Source: Antedon mediterranea (taxonomy: Eukaryota; Animalia; Echinodermata). From it: 64,000 nucleotides of DNA. Positions 62,000-64,000 of this stretch are shown here, one piece after another. Position 1 is the stretch's first letter. Each line of letters opens with the position of its first letter. Below the pieces are notes generated by a model. It saw only the letters and a program-made list of their open reading frames with translations, ran no database searches and was not told the DNA's origin. The position numbers and the translations under genes are program-made. The stretch spans positions 2,232,001 through 2,296,000 of the forward strand of contig NC_092674.1 of the NCBI RefSeq assembly GCF_964355755.1, in the 5' to 3' direction.

Positions 62000-62681
62000 T
62001 GTGTTTACATTAAAACCAACAAAGCTAATTTATGCTTATTTTGTTTTGTAAAAAAATCTTTTTAAACTGCTAAAGATGAAACCTTACATATTATATTACT
62101 ATAAAAACAATTTCTTAAATATTTTCTTGATGCAATTATTAGTGTATAGTTTTTGGTTGAATTAATAAAAAAAAGGCATTGAAGGAAATTCTCTGAAAAT
62201 AGTGAATAAACTAATTTTACCGATGCAAAAATGTTTATTATAATAATTATTGTGTTGTTGTGCAATTGCTGTAAGATGACGCTCAGTAACTTTCTGCAAA
62301 ATACGTCTAATTATATTCGCGAATTATATTTCACATATTTGGCCGGCCAGATGATAAATAACTACATTTTGATTGGATTTGATTCTTCCCTGTTTTGGAA
62401 CAGCTTTTAATACAATGCTTGCATACAAATAATAAACAGAAAACACTTGTTACTGTTTGTTGCTTTTAATTTTTATTTACATACCCTTGTTAAGTGAATT
62501 AAAATAAATCGCCCTTCTTTCTTGTTACAGTATATTAATAATGTCTATTACAAAATTTATAATCAAGGAAATGGCTTTTATTTAGCCTAACTAGGTAGGC
62601 ATAGCCTAGCTATAAAAAATGTTACTATTTGATGCATTCGATAATTAAATGTTATGAATTAACATCTTGATACCATTCGAT

Positions 62682-63218
62682 TTATTCGACTTCTTTAAAT
62701 CCAACATAATTTCCATCAATGCTAGGAAAGTCCTTTCTGATTTTGTTTACGACGCAGGCTGGGATGACTCGTCGTACGGCTTTACCAAGGCGGTCATGCA
62801 CCCAGTAGGTGAACTGCCTGTACGCCTGAAGGCGAAATGTTTCGTTCGGGATCGGGTCAACGATGCTGTCTCGCCTAATGTCTGTCCGGGCAACAAGTGC
62901 AGTTCTAATTACTGCAGGATGTAAACATACAAATTCGAATTCAAAATGGTCTAAAATGCATGCCATTTCGTTTTCTGATCCTATGTTCATCTTCGCTCGT
63001 ACATTTTCAATTTCCCGACAACAAAGGCATTCCACAGCAGTGTCCATCAATTCACACCGTCCGCATTGGCACCATTCCTCCTTGTTTACTTTCCTCCATT
63101 CTATATCTTCTCCTTCATGTGCGACAATATTATCTAAACCTTCTATTTCCTCCACATCTCTTCTTCTTCTTCTTCTTCTTCTGGGTTCTAATTGGTAAGG
63201 TTGTAATCCGTGATTCAT
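62682..63218 (-). CDS. KolX-type accessory protein; stand-alone P2X7 cytoplasmic-ballast-like Cys-rich domain, 178 aa
   Basis: Single intact ORF with WCQCGRC, ECLCCRE, ACI, FRLQAYRQF and IPACVVNKIRKDFPS-DGNYVGFK, paralleling the P2X7 C-terminus (WCQCGNC, LCC, LRHCAYR, LPSCCRWKIRKEFPK..GQYSGFK, from memory). No transmembrane or ectodomain part; lies inside the Kolobok TIRs. Confidence 0.9.
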   Translation of the reverse strand: MNHGLQPYQLEPRRRRRRRRDVEEIEGLDNIVAHEGEDIEWRKVNKEEWCQCGRCELMDTAVECLCCREIENVRAKMNIGSENEMACILDHFEFEFVCLHPAVIRTALVARTDIRRDSIVDPIPNETFRLQAYRQFTYWVHDRLGKAVRRVIPACVVNKIRKDFPSIDGNYVGFKEVE

Positions 63219-63284
63219 CTTAATTTAGCTCTGTGTATATATAGGCATCCACGCTCTACGGGCAGTCTCACAGTTGGATGATTT

Positions 63285-63345
63285 TCTCTGTCAAACCAAT
63301 GACGTCACAACCTCGTTTTCGTGTTAAACATGGCGGCTCATAGAG
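63285..63345 (-). promoter_or_regulatory. Candidate promoter motifs of the KolX gene in the right subterminal region
   Basis: CCAAT overlapping TGACGTCA (CRE) at about 63296-63307 and a YY1-like ACATGGCGG at about 63328-63337, 80-120 bp upstream of the ATG. A YY1-like CCGCCATCTT also lies at 58332-58341 before the transposase. Motif matches only. Confidence 0.35.
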
Positions 63346-63500
63346 AATCCGCGGTTTTTTTGAAAAATCTACACTTCAAAATCGATTTTACTCTAAACAA
63401 CAATAAATTTCAAAAAAATTTTACCGCACTTCGTTTTATATGAATTATATCTACAATGCTACACATTTTAAAAGAAATAATACTGCATTCCTTTAAATAG

Positions 63501-63786
63501 ACAGTGGTACTGTACGCATTTGAATCTATGCTATTGAACTGTATTACCCTCCATTATATGTAGATATTATTAAAATTAAATGAAGACCTTTGCTGTTTTA
63601 TTATTGTTAACTGAACATTCTACTGAATCTTGTATGAAATAAGATATACAGTGGTACTGTACACTTTTGAATACACGCACAATGCAATTGAACCATAGCG
63701 CCCTCCTCTACATTATATGTGACATTATTTATTAAATGGCGACCTTGGCTGTTTTATTATTATTGTGTACTGAACATTCTACTGAA
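63501..63786. repeat. Diverged tandem duplication of about 147 bp
   Basis: ACAGTGGTACTGTAC...ACTGAACATTCTACTGAA occurs twice, immediately right of the Kolobok. Confidence 0.7.
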
Positions 63787-64000
63787 AGCACTATTGGTAA
63801 ATCCTGAAAGTACTGTGGTGTGGGAAAAAAATGCCTATATTCTATAGTGTTTGGAGGATAACACTAAGCTTTTACTATTCTAATGGACCTTTAAATTCCA
63901 TCAAATCAATTTACTTGAGATAGATATTAAGATGGTGGGGTCTGATGCTATCAGTTTAATACTGTATATAACTTGTATGACATAAGCATTTATGAAGTCG

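Larger units (their letters stand above)
58194..63492 (+). mobile_element. Full-length autonomous Kolobok-superfamily DNA transposon (5,299 bp)
   Basis: TTAA on both sides (58190-58193, 63493-63496). TIRs AGGAATCCAGTATTATTTCTTTTAAA (58194-58219) and TTTAAAAGAAATAATACTGCATTCCT (63467-63492) are 25/26 complementary, with AG..CT ends. Two convergent genes (THAP-DDE transposase plus small Cys-rich protein) are the known Kolobok layout. Confidence 0.92.

Noticed and set aside
62682-63218. A host P2X7 receptor gene
   Set aside because: Only the ballast-like domain is present, with no transmembrane or ATP-binding ectodomain exons, and it lies inside transposon TIRs.
62667-63223. Plus-strand ORFs overlapping KolX
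   Set aside because: Antisense shadows with no recognisable motifs.
58194-63492. piggyBac, P-element or MULE assignment for the large element
   Set aside because: TTAA fits piggyBac but the ends are AG..CT rather than CCY. P and MULE elements make longer TSDs. THAP + H2CH + convergent ballast-like ORF fits Kolobok.

Overview
AT-rich, intron-rich animal genomic DNA (invertebrate-like CpG mosaic; not prokaryotic, no CRISPR, no rRNA). It holds three host genes: the 3' part of UVRAG (+, 113-4906), a complete WDR83/MORG1 (-, 8663-6883) and a complete LRCH (LRR + coiled coil + calponin homology; +, 9407-39194), the last two head-to-head. The top element is an apparently intact 5,299-bp Kolobok DNA transposon (58194-63492; TTAA target duplication, 26-bp TIRs). 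It encodes a 7-exon THAP-DDE transposase and a convergent 178-aa protein that is a free-standing P2X7 'ballast'-type Zn/guanine-nucleotide fold (KolX). Second, an LRCH intron holds a nested insertion: a Harbinger-like MITE split at a (TA)n tract by two Penelope-like retroelement ends carrying three minimal hammerhead-ribozyme motifs and a GIY-YIG fragment. There are also about 17 copies of one MITE family, other MITEs and SINE heads, many minisatellites, a candidate hidden LRCH exon or internal promoter, and a CpG-rich region near 44.8-47.3 kb that may start an unseen gene. All coordinates and alignments were read by eye; no database search was run.
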